The notes under the pieces: model-generated
What the model saw: the letters and a program-made list of their open reading frames with translations, nothing else
What the model was told of the DNA's origin: nothing
Database searches by the model: none
Assembly (NCBI GenBank): GCA_013265495.1
Contig: MU058687.1
Coordinates: forward strand, 1,364,001-1,428,000
Source of the DNA: Vicugna vicugna
Taxonomy: Eukaryota
Direction: 5' to 3'
DNA length: 64,000 nt
Shown here: piece by piece, positions 13,120 through 26,129 of the stretch
Position numbering within the stretch: position 1 is the stretch's first letter
Layout of the letters: every line of letters starts with the position of its first letter
Made by a program: the position numbers and the translations under genes

Positions 13120-13700
13120 CAGGGGCCGGGGAACCCTCTCGGGCCCGGGGGCGGGAGACGCTGTTTCAGAAACAGTTTTGACTCCACTGCCGCCTCAGCA
13201 CTTTCTAATTCCAGCTCCAAACAGCAACAGCCGCAACTGCAGCCATAGCAACAGGCCCTGCCCACCCGGCCTCGCTCCCGGCATGCAGCACGTGACGGCG
13301 ACGCCAGCGTCGCTCCCTCCGCCCCTGGCGCTGCGGGAGGGCGGGGACGCGGGGTGTGGGAGATGACGTTTACGCAGTCGTCTCCATGGAGATAATGCAT
13401 AGACGTCAACGTCGCCCAGTGTTTAGTGTGTAACGTTCCTCCGTCTCCATGGGAACGTCAGATGGCAAAACACCGGACCCCAGCAACAGGCTTCTGATTG
13501 GCCCGGGGCTTCCAAAGGCGGAGCTTCATCTTCCGCGCCCGCTCTGCTGTGTTGCTGTTTTGGTTGTTTATCTCCCACTTGTTTGTTTCTCTAACAGATC
13601 CTGGAGGCTGAGGTCTGGATCCGTCGCCAAGGATAGGATCCAGGAGAAAACGTGCTCAACGTGCTGCTTGCGCCCACCGATTATAGCCCAACAGATGACA
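13120..13700. promoter_or_regulatory. CpG-rich distal element upstream of FOS (candidate enhancer or eRNA promoter)
   Basis: High CpG density; CRE-like TGACGTTT 13364 and AGACGTCA 13401; several RFX X-boxes; reverse CCAAT near 13496; GC boxes. Confidence 0.8.
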
Positions 13701-16700
13701 GAGTTCCACTGTGATCAGGTCTCTTGTGAGAGTCACGGCCCTCAGGCCCTGCGTCGGTCACAGCCCAATACCTGGTGTTTCACCCTCTGACCCCACCCTG
13801 CATCACATCTTAGAAATGCTTTCACCCTCTCAGCCTCATCCCAGAGACTATGTTGCCTTCACACTGACAACTGTTTATGCTCTCAAGCCCAGACGGGTGC
13901 CTTTCATACCTAATGCCAGGATTCAGTGCTACTCTCTGCAGGATTTAGCTAGATTTTTCCGTCTGGTCTTAATTCTGTTGAATGACATCATTTATCCGTA
14001 TTCCCAGTCATAGATACCCAGATTTCTTGTAGCCTGAGCAGATATCACAGGATACCCAAAGAACTGGATGGGTGCTTCTATTTGTGGGCTAGTTGAATCT
14101 TACGCTTTTCTCCCTGTCCCTTTTTACAGGGGGACATTTGACTTCTCCAAAAGAGGTAGAAATAAATTGAGGACAGAGATAGAGGACTGGGTGGGGGACA
14201 ATTCTGGTCTTGAAATCCCAGATTTCTTGATATACAATACTAGTATACTGATGGAGTTAAACATTCTGAGGAACAAATGTCTCCAGAAACAATTTTAACC
14301 TTACCCTGGGTTCCCATCAGTGAAACTGAGTTAACATCTGGTAAGAGATAGTGATCTAGCCTCAGGGTTTTCAGTCAAGTTGTGCTTACAAGAATGCCTT
14401 AAAATCTTAAGCTATGGTGTCAAATATAATAAATCTTCACCAGCTCATGCACATACAAGTCTGAAATCTTTTATAAAAGGTTTAGATGACCTGATAATAT
14501 GTTTTCAAAACCCAGAGAGAGAGAAAGAGAGACACTGATGCAAATCTCAAGTTAACAACGAGAAAGTAAAATTACTTTCATAGGTTAGAATTGATAAGGA
14601 GTAAGGAGGGTAGCTGTTCTCTCTGTTCTAATCCTCACCCCCTACCTCCTTTTTCCCTTTATCTACTCTGGTGAATAGCCTTGCTAACTGTCCTCCCTCT
14701 ATCCTTAGGGCAGCCTCATAGCCTATAATTTCCTTTGGGGATGTGAGTGAAATTAAATGAAATCGGGAGTCTGCTTAATGCAAATAGGACCAAAGGGCAC
14801 AGTTTTTTTTATCGTAATGAACTTCATTCTGATTAAGTCACAGGGACTGCAAGTGCTTACTGTTTACCCAGTAAATATATTAAATTGCCAGGCAGGTCTC
14901 CCTCTTGTCCTGACACTGCCCGGGAATATTTGAAAGTCTGATATAAGATCATTTTTAAACGATCAAACATCCCTTTCTAATTCTATCATCTCTCTTTATG
15001 TTTCCAGGAATCCAGAGTGTCTTGGTCTCTGAGAGCTAATATATCTGGGTTACACCAAAAGGGGAATAATGAAGCAATATTTACGTTGTACATTGAAAAT
15101 GACCTGAAAAGCTGGAAGAGGTGGCTGCGGGTATTTTCTCAGTCTGGACAAGAAAGAGGGGAGAAAGATGGAAGATGACATTGTCTCTAAGTGCCTACAT
15201 TTGACTCCAGCACATGAACTGGATTTTATGATTCTGTCCAAGGGCATTAGTTATAACCTAGAGCGTCTATGTCTTTTTCCATCTCCTAGACTTAGTTCTT
15301 TCCTTTTTAGTTCTTTCTTTTTGTTCTTTTGACCATGACCTAAACGTGATTGTGGGCCATGGTGTGTGGCCTAGGGAGTTTTTAATCCAGGAAATACTAA
15401 ATAGATTATAGTTTTGATGGTACCGAAAGCAGCAGTTTATTTCATATGTGCTTGATGCACACACATGCACAGACCCTTCCTGCCCTGTGGTTTGGCTGAG
15501 CTGCTCCATTTAGTTGACCAAGTTCAACCTAAAGACCATGATGTCCTGCTATGCTGCTCATTTCCTCAAACCACAGGACAATTAATCTCCCCAGTTTACT
15601 TCCCCATCTATAAAATGGGGTCTGGAGAACTCACTGACTCCACATGTTTGCTTTAACCTAAGAGTTACAATGATACAGTGTTTATTAATTGGCACTGTGG
15701 AAATACCAAATGGTGTATAAATGCTTGATTATTATTAATGGGTACAATTTTCCCCAACACCTCCGTGCCTTAGTGCTGAGTGGTTCCTCCACCTACCAGG
15801 TTTCCACAGCAGAGGCCTTGTCCCATGCCTGGAGATGTAGAAGCAATGACCTACATGGCCTCCCAAGGCCCAAGTGCACACCAGACCTCTTCCACACCCC
15901 AACCATGACTGAATTCAGCTCTTCAACTCACACTCCTCAAGTCTGGCTTCTATTAGTTGTGAAAAATAATGATATTACTATCTGCCCTGTTTACCTCTTA
16001 GGCCCACAGTTAGTTCTTGTGAAAGGGCTTTGAAAGCCATAAAGCAGAAGGTATTTTCAAAGTTTAAAATGTTTTATAAAATGAGGTGAACTGTAAATGG
16101 ATCAATATCAAGATGGGCCTGAGGGATGTAATTCACAGACAAACCAGATGAATCTCCACCTGCACGATTTGGTATGTCCTATATCAAGTTATGCTTCCTC
16201 ACTGTCCCTAAAATCATCCATTTTCAGTGATACATGCCTTTGGGGTAAGCATTTGCCACTCTCCTCTGGTCTTAGTTTTAGAATACAGATTCTTTTTATG
16301 AGTAGTAAGCTCCTAAAGTTGAACATAAATGAGGTTATCAGACAAGTTCCTCCTCGACAGGTGAGATGGTACCACACAGGAGCACTGGGCTCTTGGGTGA
16401 GTCTGAGAAACAAGATGCTGGGAGCCTAGAGAAGACTATCTTACTCAAAATCAGCTGTCACAGTTGTGCAGGTTTCTGACAGAGGATCCTCAGAGCCCAC
16501 CCAACAGACCTGTAGCTCTACTAACAAACACAGGGGGCAGCTTCTCTCCGTCCTCACCCAAAGTCTCAGAGGACACTGCTGTACAGTAACCTAAGGCTTC
16601 CCACACTATCTGATTTTAGGGGCCAGCAAAGTTTTAAAAAAGTTGGTGGACTGACACAGGTTGCCAACTTTAAATTTTACCAAATGATACAATTGCCACT

Positions 16701-16761
16701 TATTATCACCATAATTTCATACATGAGAGGGCATTTTAACACTCAAAAGGTCAAAAGGAAT

Positions 16762-16961
16762 GGGGAGGGTATAGCTGAGTGGTAGAGTGCTTGTTTAGCA
16801 TGTTTGAAGTTCTGGGTTCAATCCCCAGTACCTCCATTTAAATAAATAACCAACCAAACAAACCTAACTGCCTTCCCCACCAAAAGAAATTAATGAACAT
16901 TGTAAACCAACTGTGCTTCAGTTTAAAAAGAGAGAGAACACTCATTTAACAAATATTTTTT
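16762..16961 (+). mobile_element. Vic-1-like SINE with a 3' extension containing an L1 terminal fragment
   Basis: GGGGAGGGTATAGCTGAGTGGTAGAG...GGTTCAATCCCCAGTACCTCCA; direct repeat GTCAAAAGGA at 16750-16759 and 16965-16974. Confidence 0.88.
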
Positions 16962-17696
16962 AAAGTCAAAAGGATATCTAAGACTAAAGGACAGCCCTTT
17001 TAAGTTGAATATATGTAGTTTTATGAAAAACCTTTGCTGTGTCTTGATTTCTCCTATCTTCCTTTGACAGTTCTATTCTTTCTTCATTCTCCAAGGGTGG
17101 TGCTTCTAGTGGTGAAGAGCAGATAGATAAATCAAGGAGACGTAAAAATCTGATTTAAGAACCATTTAAGTTTCCTGATCAAACTGCCCACTTCCTGCAT
17201 TATGTACCTTTGGGTCACTGGTTTCTTTGGTAAAGGACGTTAACATAATCTCACTGGATGAGTTCCTCATGGTGGGAATATAATACATTGAGTAATTCCC
17301 TTGGAATTACTTCCACTCTGGGGCAGGTCAGTTTGTTTCCAGTAGGTCTAATCCTTGCTTGAACCATGTCCTACCTACCCAAACACTTCTAGTTTTACCT
17401 GGTGGGGTAGGGGGGTAGGGGGGTAGGCGTGTGATTAATGACTACCTTATACCTGATTCAGCCAGATCAGATGGGGCTGAATGGTGGAAATTGGCAAAGT
17501 TCCCAGAGGCGGGAACAAGCCTACCTTCCAACTGGTGTCCCAGGCAGGTGCAGGAGACACTGGTGGAACCAGTTTAACCAGCATCTTGGGCAAGGTTTGG
17601 CCAGTACTTTTTTCCTGCTTCCAGTTTCCTCTGGCAGAAGTGGAAACACTCACCATGTTCTGTGGTTAAATATGAATCCAGTGCAACCAGCACAAC

Positions 17697-17770
17697 ATCT
17701 ATCCATCTATCTACCTATCTATCTATCCATCTACCTACCTACCTACCTACCTATCTATCTACCTATCTAT
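17697..17770 (+). repeat. (TCTA)n/(CCTA)n compound microsatellite
   Basis: Directly visible tetranucleotide array. Confidence 0.95.
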
Positions 17771-18734
17771 GGCATATAGTATATATATTTCCCTCAAAAG
17801 CCCAGTGTAAACAAAAGCTGAGGCTATAATTTAATTCTAAGCAATTTAAGCGTAATTAAGGCCCATGAGACTGAATTTCTCTCTCATCAGCTCCCAGCTC
17901 CCAGAGGGTAGCCACCTAGGGAAATAGTGCACTCATCCAGGTCACCAAGGCACTACTTACTACACTGGGGAGAAATTTTAGTCCAACCATCTATTGTGGA
18001 TTAAAAAATAAAATCATTATTTAAAAAAAAAATTATTGAATCCATTCCACCTAAATGGCATCAAATACCTGTGTTATTGAATTTTGGTGAATATTAAATA
18101 ATATCAACATATGTGTAAAGCCCTGAACATAATCCCTGAGCAAGCACTCAATAAATATTAGCTAGTTATTTCCATGCATTCAAGGTGTGGTTTTTGAGCA
18201 GCTTTTTCATGGTCAGATATGTGTTAGGGGCCAGAGAGTCAATGGTGAGTAAAACAGGCAAGGTTTCTGCCTTCCCCGTATAAGGAGATAGATTCCAGAC
18301 AAATTCAATCAACAATTAACAGCTACCAACACCGAGCCTTCTCTGGGTGCTTGGGAGTCCATCAGCGACCAAAACAAACATCCCTATCTTTGTGGAACTT
18401 ATTTTTTAGACATTAGTCCAGTTGCTTCATAAATAAGCATACATTATTACAAGTTGTATTGAAGCCTAGGGTGGAATGAGGGCTTCTGATGGGTTCTGAA
18501 TTCAGTCTGCATGCGCAGGGAAGTTCTCTGTGAGGATATGACATTTTAAGATCTGGATAAGAGTAAATCCAACTGAGGGGCAGAGTGGGAGATGGAGGCA
18601 GGGAACGTATGTATAATACTAGCAACTCATATTTAATTCATGCTTGCCATATTATTATGCCTTTCCCCAAATGTTCTAAAGGCTAGGACTGCCAAAACTG
18701 GGAGACAGTCCCTGCATGAGAAGTTTGCAACAAG

Positions 18735-18825
18735 GTGGGAAGGTATAGCTCAATGGTAGAATGCATGCTTGGCATACATGAGGTCCTGGGTTCAGTCCCC
18801 AGTACCTCCATTAAAAAAAAAGAGA
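18735..18825 (+). mobile_element. Vic-1-like SINE (short form)
   Basis: tRNA-like head plus A tail; TSD GAGAA(G/A)TTTGCAAC at 18718-18731 and 18826-18839. Confidence 0.9.
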
Positions 18826-21800
18826 GAGAAATTTGCAACCAGATTGAAGTTAGCCCTCAGCTTCAGAATGCATGGCTGCGGCTCCCTGTAGTTTGCTCCT
18901 TCCCAGGAATCACCGACTGTTGACAGTTGCTGCCTTGGCTTCCCTTGGTCTCATTGCCTGGAACAATTAGTACCAACGACAGCAGGGATGACCTCTGAGA
19001 ACTGAACTCTGCTTCCTTCCATTTGGTGTAATGAAAGTGACTCTAGTGGACCCAGGAATGTGTCAGCATTCATTTGCTACTGGATTTAAATAATCAAGGG
19101 TGAGGTGAATAATCAGTCTCTGAAGGTTGAGCTAACCTCCCCTCTACACACACAAAAAATCCTTTAGCCTACATTTCCCTTCGTTACTGCATTTTCTCTA
19201 AGTTTTAATGTTCTTCTTATGTCATTCCCATTAGCAAGTTTTCACAGCCGGGTTCGTATTTCCAGCTATGAAATAGTTCACATACTTCTGTGTAGACATA
19301 ATATTTACGGGAACTGAAGATGGGTGGATTCTGATAATGGCTCGCCGGATAGTTTCCAGTGCAGTCAAAATAACAAAGAATTCAAGAAACTAATACTTTA
19401 AGAGTTTAGTTCCCAGTAAACTTCGCAAATATACTTGCTTAAACCTCATGCAAATATCAGCAGAATACAGGGGAGTGCCACCCGGGGTGAGAAAGCTTGG
19501 TTTGTCCAGTGTTCTGTTTTACAGCACAAATTCTAAGCTGGACTCTGTTTATTGTCAATAGCTCTCTAACAAAGGGCAAAATGGAATGTGCCTGATTTCA
19601 AATTCCTGTGAAAAAGGGCCCTGGGAGACCTCACAGCTCGGTTGAGGGAAATTTATATCACTATTTTTCAGTACTTTCATTGAAGACTCTCTGAGCTATC
19701 GAGAGAGAGCTTACTAGCCATTGATTTTAGTGTGGAGCCATCTATAAGAAGGATCCACATGGGCTGTTACTGTGTGAGAATAAAACAGAACCATCCGTAT
19801 CCTATATGATATATAGAGACAGCTAAGGAGGAAAGTAAACTGCAATAACTAGGACATTTCCAAATTTGGTAGCAGTGACCCAAAAGTTGGTGTTTGTGGT
19901 CTGGGGAAAGGAGAGATGGTTTGTTGGTAGGTGCTAGGGTCTGGCAGAGGGAGAGATGGTTTTTGGTCACTCAGACACTAGGGCTTGAAGTGAATCTTAC
20001 AAAGACAGAGGGTTGCTGGGCTCAGCAGTTATGTCTCTCAATGCTTTACATTGGGAAGCATTTTCTCTACCCAGAATGCTCTGCTCCCTGTTCTTTCATG
20101 GCTGGTTCCTTCTTGTCATTCACTTCTCATGACAAATGTCACCTCCTTCCATCCCATCCAAAGGAACAACACAGTCACTCACAACAGCTCCCTCCCTTCT
20201 TATTACCTGCCCAGCACTTACTTTTGCCTGACATTTTTGTTTATTTGTTTTCTTAATTTATTACACCACTACACTGTGAGCTTCATGTTAGTAAGAAGCT
20301 TGTCTGGTTACGATGGATTCCAGTGACTGGTACATAGTAGGTATTCAATAAAGGTACTGAATGGAGAATAAGAAATAGGATAATTGCCTCTGTACAATTT
20401 GAGTGATGAAAGGATTACCTTTGTACAGGCCATAGCCTAGTACCTGTAGGTAATTGTTTTTTCTTAATTCAAGGTAATAATAATTTGAGGTATGTGAAAC
20501 CTCTTTCTTCCCTGGAGGAAATTCTAAAACCAATGGGAAAATAAAAAGCAGGATAGAGATATCTGATAAGAATACAACTAAGTTAATCTCAAAACAGATG
20601 CGTGAAATTAACACTGCAGGTCTGCTCTTATCGAAAAATACAATCTAAAATCACTTAATCTGAAACTGTTCCGTTTTCTCCATTTTTTTTTTTAACGTAT
20701 GTCTCTGGTCCCTTTACCATATGGGCAAGAAATGGATAAGAAGTGTGGAAATAATCTGTGTGTGTGGCTTGGAACTACAGTTTGGTGAGCTTGATGATTT
20801 GGGGGCCAGTGAATGGAGTGCTGTTTGAAGAACATCAGGTTTTCTCCCTTTCTCCAGCCTATTTGCAACATTTTGCTTCTCTTTTCCAAGTTCCAAGTTC
20901 AGGCAGACACCAGCTGGATGAAGCCCTAGGTTCAAGTAAACTTGAGCTGGATGGCGAAGTACTACCAGCAGATGAAGTCCCAAATCCCCACATACTATGA
21001 AGCTTCCCATTCCTGGTAAACAGAGACTAGGGGAAAGTGAAGATTCCTCACCCACAGACACCCTCTAGGCAGATAACCCGTGATTTATTCCAAACCACTT
21101 GATAAATCTGGAGAAAGGAATAGAATGGTTCTGACAAACATTCAAATGAAGAACCCTGAGGGCTGGCCTTTCCCCTGGGTGCTAAGCAATCTGAACCAAG
21201 CAAGAGCACATGGTGCTCTGTTTATAACCGCAGAGATGGGCTCCAGCCCAGATAGTGCTGATGTAGGCGCTGCATCCAGGCCTCAGGTGATCCCGTGGTA
21301 TGTGATACTCCTCCAGTCCTTCTGTCCAGCGCATGCCTAACAAACAAGATACTGACCTGGCCCCAGCCACATTCTCAATCATGGCTGGACTGTCCAAGAA
21401 GCACATGGTGGTGTGGGGGCAGGAGTCGGGGTGGAGAAAGATTTAAGAATGAATTAGGAAAACCGTATCCATCGTTCTGTTTATTGAGTGCTTGCTATTG
21501 TGCCACACACTGTGCCAGGCACTGGGGAACCAGCAATTTTTCATTCCTCATGGAACTTACATCCTGGCATTATTCTGGCATATCTGTAGGGTTTTTTTTT
21601 TAAGTAAGAATTTATTTTGTAATTTGATATTGTTTTTATTTTGAATTACTTGGTAGGGTACCATAATCATTTTAGTATTGGGGCCATACAAGTTTTATTA
21701 TGGCTCCATTCCTAGTGCTTTTACACTAAAAAGGTGTCTAGGTTTTTACCTTTATGCCCAAATATTTTCTAAAAAGTTGCTTGTGGTATTAGGTTGAGTT

Positions 21801-22079
21801 TATAGAAAAGAAAGGATCAGAGGGATAACTTATCACAGGGGAAATTTCTTCTTGTGCTGATGACTGTTTTTGGGTGGGGTCCAGACAGTTTTAAGGATGG
21901 GTGTACTCATTGGGTTTATAAGCATCTGAATTATTATGCCCAATAGAGAAGGTGCTGATCAGGATTTTGGTTCCCCTCACCTAAGAAGGATACAGGTAGG
22001 AAGTCACCCATCAAGCCCCTTTATCCAAAAAGAATCCATGCTGCTTTCTCAGCCACAGGAACAATAGCTGATGAACCTG

Positions 22080-22630
22080 TTTATGTTCATTCATTCCACA
22101 AACATTCATTGAGGGTCTACTGCTGTCAACAAGCTAGGCCCGGAGGATGGATACCTATTGAATAAGACAGATAAGGCCCCTGCTTTGATGGAGCTTGTGG
22201 CTTAGGAGAGGAAGACAGACAATGAAAAGGGTACAAAGAGAAACAAACAGGGTAACCTAGTGATAAGTCCTTGATAGAAAATAAAACCAAGTAATGTGAC
22301 AGAAAATGTCTGAGGGGCAAAGAGAGGGGATGCAACTTTGGGTGGGAGACCAGCAGGCTTCCTGGAAGACAGTGGCATTTGAGCAGATATTGATCATGAG
22401 GATAAGCCAAAGTGTCAAGATCTGGGGAAGAGGGAACAGTGAATTCAAAATCCCAGCTCCTGAACCAGCTTGCCATATTTGAGGAAAAGAAAGAAGACTA
22501 ACGTGGGTGGAGTGGAGTAGAGTGAACGAGGGAAAGTCTTTCAAGATGAGGTTGGAGGGAGAGGCAGAGGCCAGGTTACATAGACCTGGTAGACCTCAGG
22601 AAGGAGGGTAGATTTTTTTCTAAGTGTAAT
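22080..22630 (-). mobile_element. L2 LINE fragment
   Basis: TTCATTCATTCCACAAACATTCATTGAG...AATAAGACAG...GGCTTCCTGGAAGA...GGCATTTGAGCAGA. Confidence 0.75.
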
Positions 22631-23716
22631 TCTGTATATTGGTCACTAGATAGGTTTGGAAGGATTTATGATTTAGTGTTTAGTGTTATGATTTAATTCA
22701 GAGCCCCACTAAGCGGAAGAGACTTTCAGTGTCCTTATCTTAATTGATTATCTCACCAACTCGGGTAGGTCAGAGTCTAAAGGTGGAATTCTTCAGTAGA
22801 GTCAATTCTGGAATTTTCACAAGGGATCTGTAACTCATTGACACCCTAGGTAAAACATCAGTGGAGAAAAATCAGACCTCAGCTGGGAGCTATAACTGAA
22901 AGTTTTCTTGTAAAACAAAATCAGATACTAAACCAAGATACCAAGAGTTCCCATCTGAGGATTAAACTATGATCTGTAGATCAGGAGGTGGCATAGCTCT
23001 GAATTCCTAAATACTGGTCAGGATTTTCCTGGTTTGGGAAAGGAGGGTTTTGTTTTGTTTTGTTTTTTGCATTACAATTATTAACATCTCTTTTAAAGAT
23101 CTTGCTTATTCTTGTTGAATGGTGGTGATAAGATGATGAAAGTTGTGCTTGAGATGGCTTAACACTTTGAAGCTCATCATGTGCCAGCCCATCTGAGCCA
23201 CCCCGGCCCTGCCCATACATATTTCCCCATTGGATGGAAGCCCTGGAGTTGGGGTTTCCTAGGCAGGGTGTGTTGTTGTCCTATAGGCTTAGTGACGTAG
23301 GTGGTGTTCCTCTGGGATTCTAGGAGCTAAGTACACCAGAGCCGAAGTAGGTCAGCTCAGGACGTCCAGGGAGCTGACAGCCTGGACAAGCCTTGCTTGT
23401 CTGAAAGTGGGGGATGCTTATTTCGGCAACAAGCTTCTGCAAGACTGAGCGATTGGGTGTCTAATGCTGCCGGCTGTGGTGAAAGATGCTGTAAGCTTGG
23501 GCTGAAATATGTCCTTCTTAGGCACCATAGCTGTTCCCTAGTTTCCCTAGCTCCAGATGGAGTGTGTCCCAGGGACCACACAGAGCTTTGTTTAAATGCT
23601 CGCATTAGCAGAAGGACGGGGATCCCACTGAATCATCATCTCCTGTCAAAAAGCCAAGAGTTGCTCAGAATGAAAACGGTTTTTCCCAAAGAGGCTAAAT
23701 TCCTAGTACTGATTAG

Positions 23717-23770
23717 TGGTGGTGGTGGTGTGTGTGTGTGTGTGTGTGTGTGTGGTGTGATGGTGGTGGT
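23717..23770 (+). repeat. (GGT)n(GT)n microsatellite
   Basis: Directly visible. Confidence 0.95.
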
Positions 23771-26129
23771 AATCCTGTGCCTCCCACAGTTTTAAAATAA
23801 GGACAGTCCTTTGCCCACTGTCTGAGCCATAGGGTGAGTAACCTTGACCCCTAAGACCCTTTGATGGGCTCACGTGTGTGTGAGTCCTGTGGGAATTGTG
23901 GAGTACTTCTCCCCTTTGAGTCCAGACATTTCGAATGAATAAAATTAGAGGGTGGCGGTAGCACAGTCATTGTCATTGCAGACAATGTGGCACTTATTGC
24001 ATGGACACTGGCTGTCTTTCTCATGGAGCTCAATAACAAGGATAAGTTTGACCTTTCATCACGAACCTCTGGGGTGTTCTTTATGCACAGAGCCCGCACC
24101 AGCCAAAAATGGCCCCAACATCTTGCTATTTTCCCTTTCCCAACTACTGCCTATTTATAACCAAGAATAAAAGACTCAGCCTGTTCAGCTTTTCTTAAAG
24201 TTAAAGAACACTATCTATTTGATTTCTTAGTACCACACAATGGACAATAATATATATTTGCCTTCCTTGGGTGAGGTCATTCCTTCATTCATCCATTCAA
24301 TAGATATTTAGTAAACACCTACAAAGGGCCAGGCACTGGGCTATCTACTAAGTGAATATTTGTATGTGAAAAAGACAAAGGGCAAAAGCATGTCGATGCT
24401 AAACAAATCTTAGAAGCGACTTCCCCAAGTCCCTGAAGGAGTTGAATTTGCTATACACATCTTCCTGACTTCTGGTCCCGTGCTCTGACCACAGCCCTTC
24501 ACCACTAGACCACACTTCCCCAAATAAACAACTACTTCTGCATGCTGGGGATGGTTGTGTGCGGCAGCATTTACGTAGGCGGCACAGACAGCAGCCTTTC
24601 ACTTAATGTTGCAATAACACCAGGCTAAACAATGTGCACTGACCTCCAGAGTTATTGAACAAATGCTTGATGTGGGTCAGGTCTCTAAACTCAAATGCCA
24701 GAGAAGGGCAAATAGGAAAAGTCTCTATCTGATAAGAAACAACTGCTGAGAAAGAATGAATTTATTTTCAATCTGAGTTAAAATCAGATGTGAGAGTCTA
24801 CCCTCCTTTTCACTGCTGGATCCTCAGATAGGAGGAACTCGGCACATAGATAATCACAAACTATGCAAGTTTTGGTTTTATATGCTCAGACTTGTCCAGA
24901 ACCTGGAATCCCTGCCCTGCTGGAAGGTGGCACTGTGTTTACACATCTATCTCAAAGTTACACTGATCTTGGCAAATGGCAAAGATAACTTCACATGTTG
25001 GTACTGATTTCCCTTTATTTTAAGACTAGATCATGTGAGCTCAATATCAAAAATGGGATTTTGCAGTCCTGAAATGGATATCAGGAATGGACTGAGATGT
25101 AAGAGCTTGTTAGATATTCGTGGGGCAAGAGAGGAAGTTTGAGATTATATCATCTGATATTATTGCTTTGGGTCGAGTGCTTGCTTCCTAGAAGATGCTC
25201 TGGCCCCTTTCAGTCTTTATCATGTCATTTCCTAGAGGACAATGGATCCAGGTCCCATCTCTGTATTGTAGACTTCCTCTGATACCTGTCCCCAAAACCT
25301 CTTCTGTGTTTCACAGCACCCTGTTATTACCTCTGTCAAACCACTTACTGCTGCCCTGCAATTCTCTAATGACTTGTAAGTCCACGACACTGGAATCTCT
25401 TTCACAGCAAGGGCCAGCCCCCAGCACAGTGCCAGGCCATGGGTGGCTCACAATAAGTAAGTTCTTTGCTAAATAAATGAAAGAATGAGTGAATGTGTGG
25501 TCTTGTCCTTTTCAGAGGATGGATTTATTGTCTCCAACTCTCTGGTCATAATGGTGCTAGGAAGGAAAGAGTTAAGCTATGTGGAGGAGACAGGCTTATC
25601 CAAAGGCTCTTTTCCTTTTTTATTGGCAACGGCAGGATAAGCGATATATGAGGTAAATCCTGGATATAAAATCTTGACACACGCTTTAGGTGTTGGCCTG
25701 AGCTGCTTCAAGACTCTGAAGGGGAAGTACATGAAATCATTCTAGGTTTTCTCTTAAGTGGCCTAAGATTCAGTTATGAATGGAAGACAAGTCCAGACCC
25801 AGGAATTCAAAGCTTGACCTACTTTGCCGGAAGCTAAGAAGAATAGAAATGGATTTGCCTTCATAACTTTTTTTTTTGAAGAATCAAGGACAGTGGAATA
25901 GCTTGACAGATGACAGAATTAGGTGAATGGAAGGCCTCAGAACTGCTTTAGGATTCAGAGCAGCTCAGAGAAGTCTGTGTTTATGTATTATGTGTTTTTC
26001 CTTTTCTCTCTCCTTTTTCAAGTGAGAAAAAAAAAGCGCCCAAATTCCCACCAATATAAACCAGTGACATACAATGATGAAATTCTGTTTTCACCTCTGC
26101 TTGTGACAGGGAATGCAAAAATAGCAAGT

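Noticed and set aside
16762..16840. tRNA-like sequences here and at 18735, 50676 and 53477
   Set aside because: They have A-rich tails and diverged stems, and most have clear TSDs, so they are tRNA-derived SINEs rather than tRNA genes.
14538..19455. Several ATGCAAAT octamer motifs (about 14538, 14777, 19448)
   Set aside because: AT-rich 8-mers occur by chance at roughly this frequency; I found no accompanying snRNA gene or composite element.
20758..21000. Short ORF after a polypyrimidine tract and AG near 20890, possible exon
   Set aside because: No recognisable homology and no supported partner exons.
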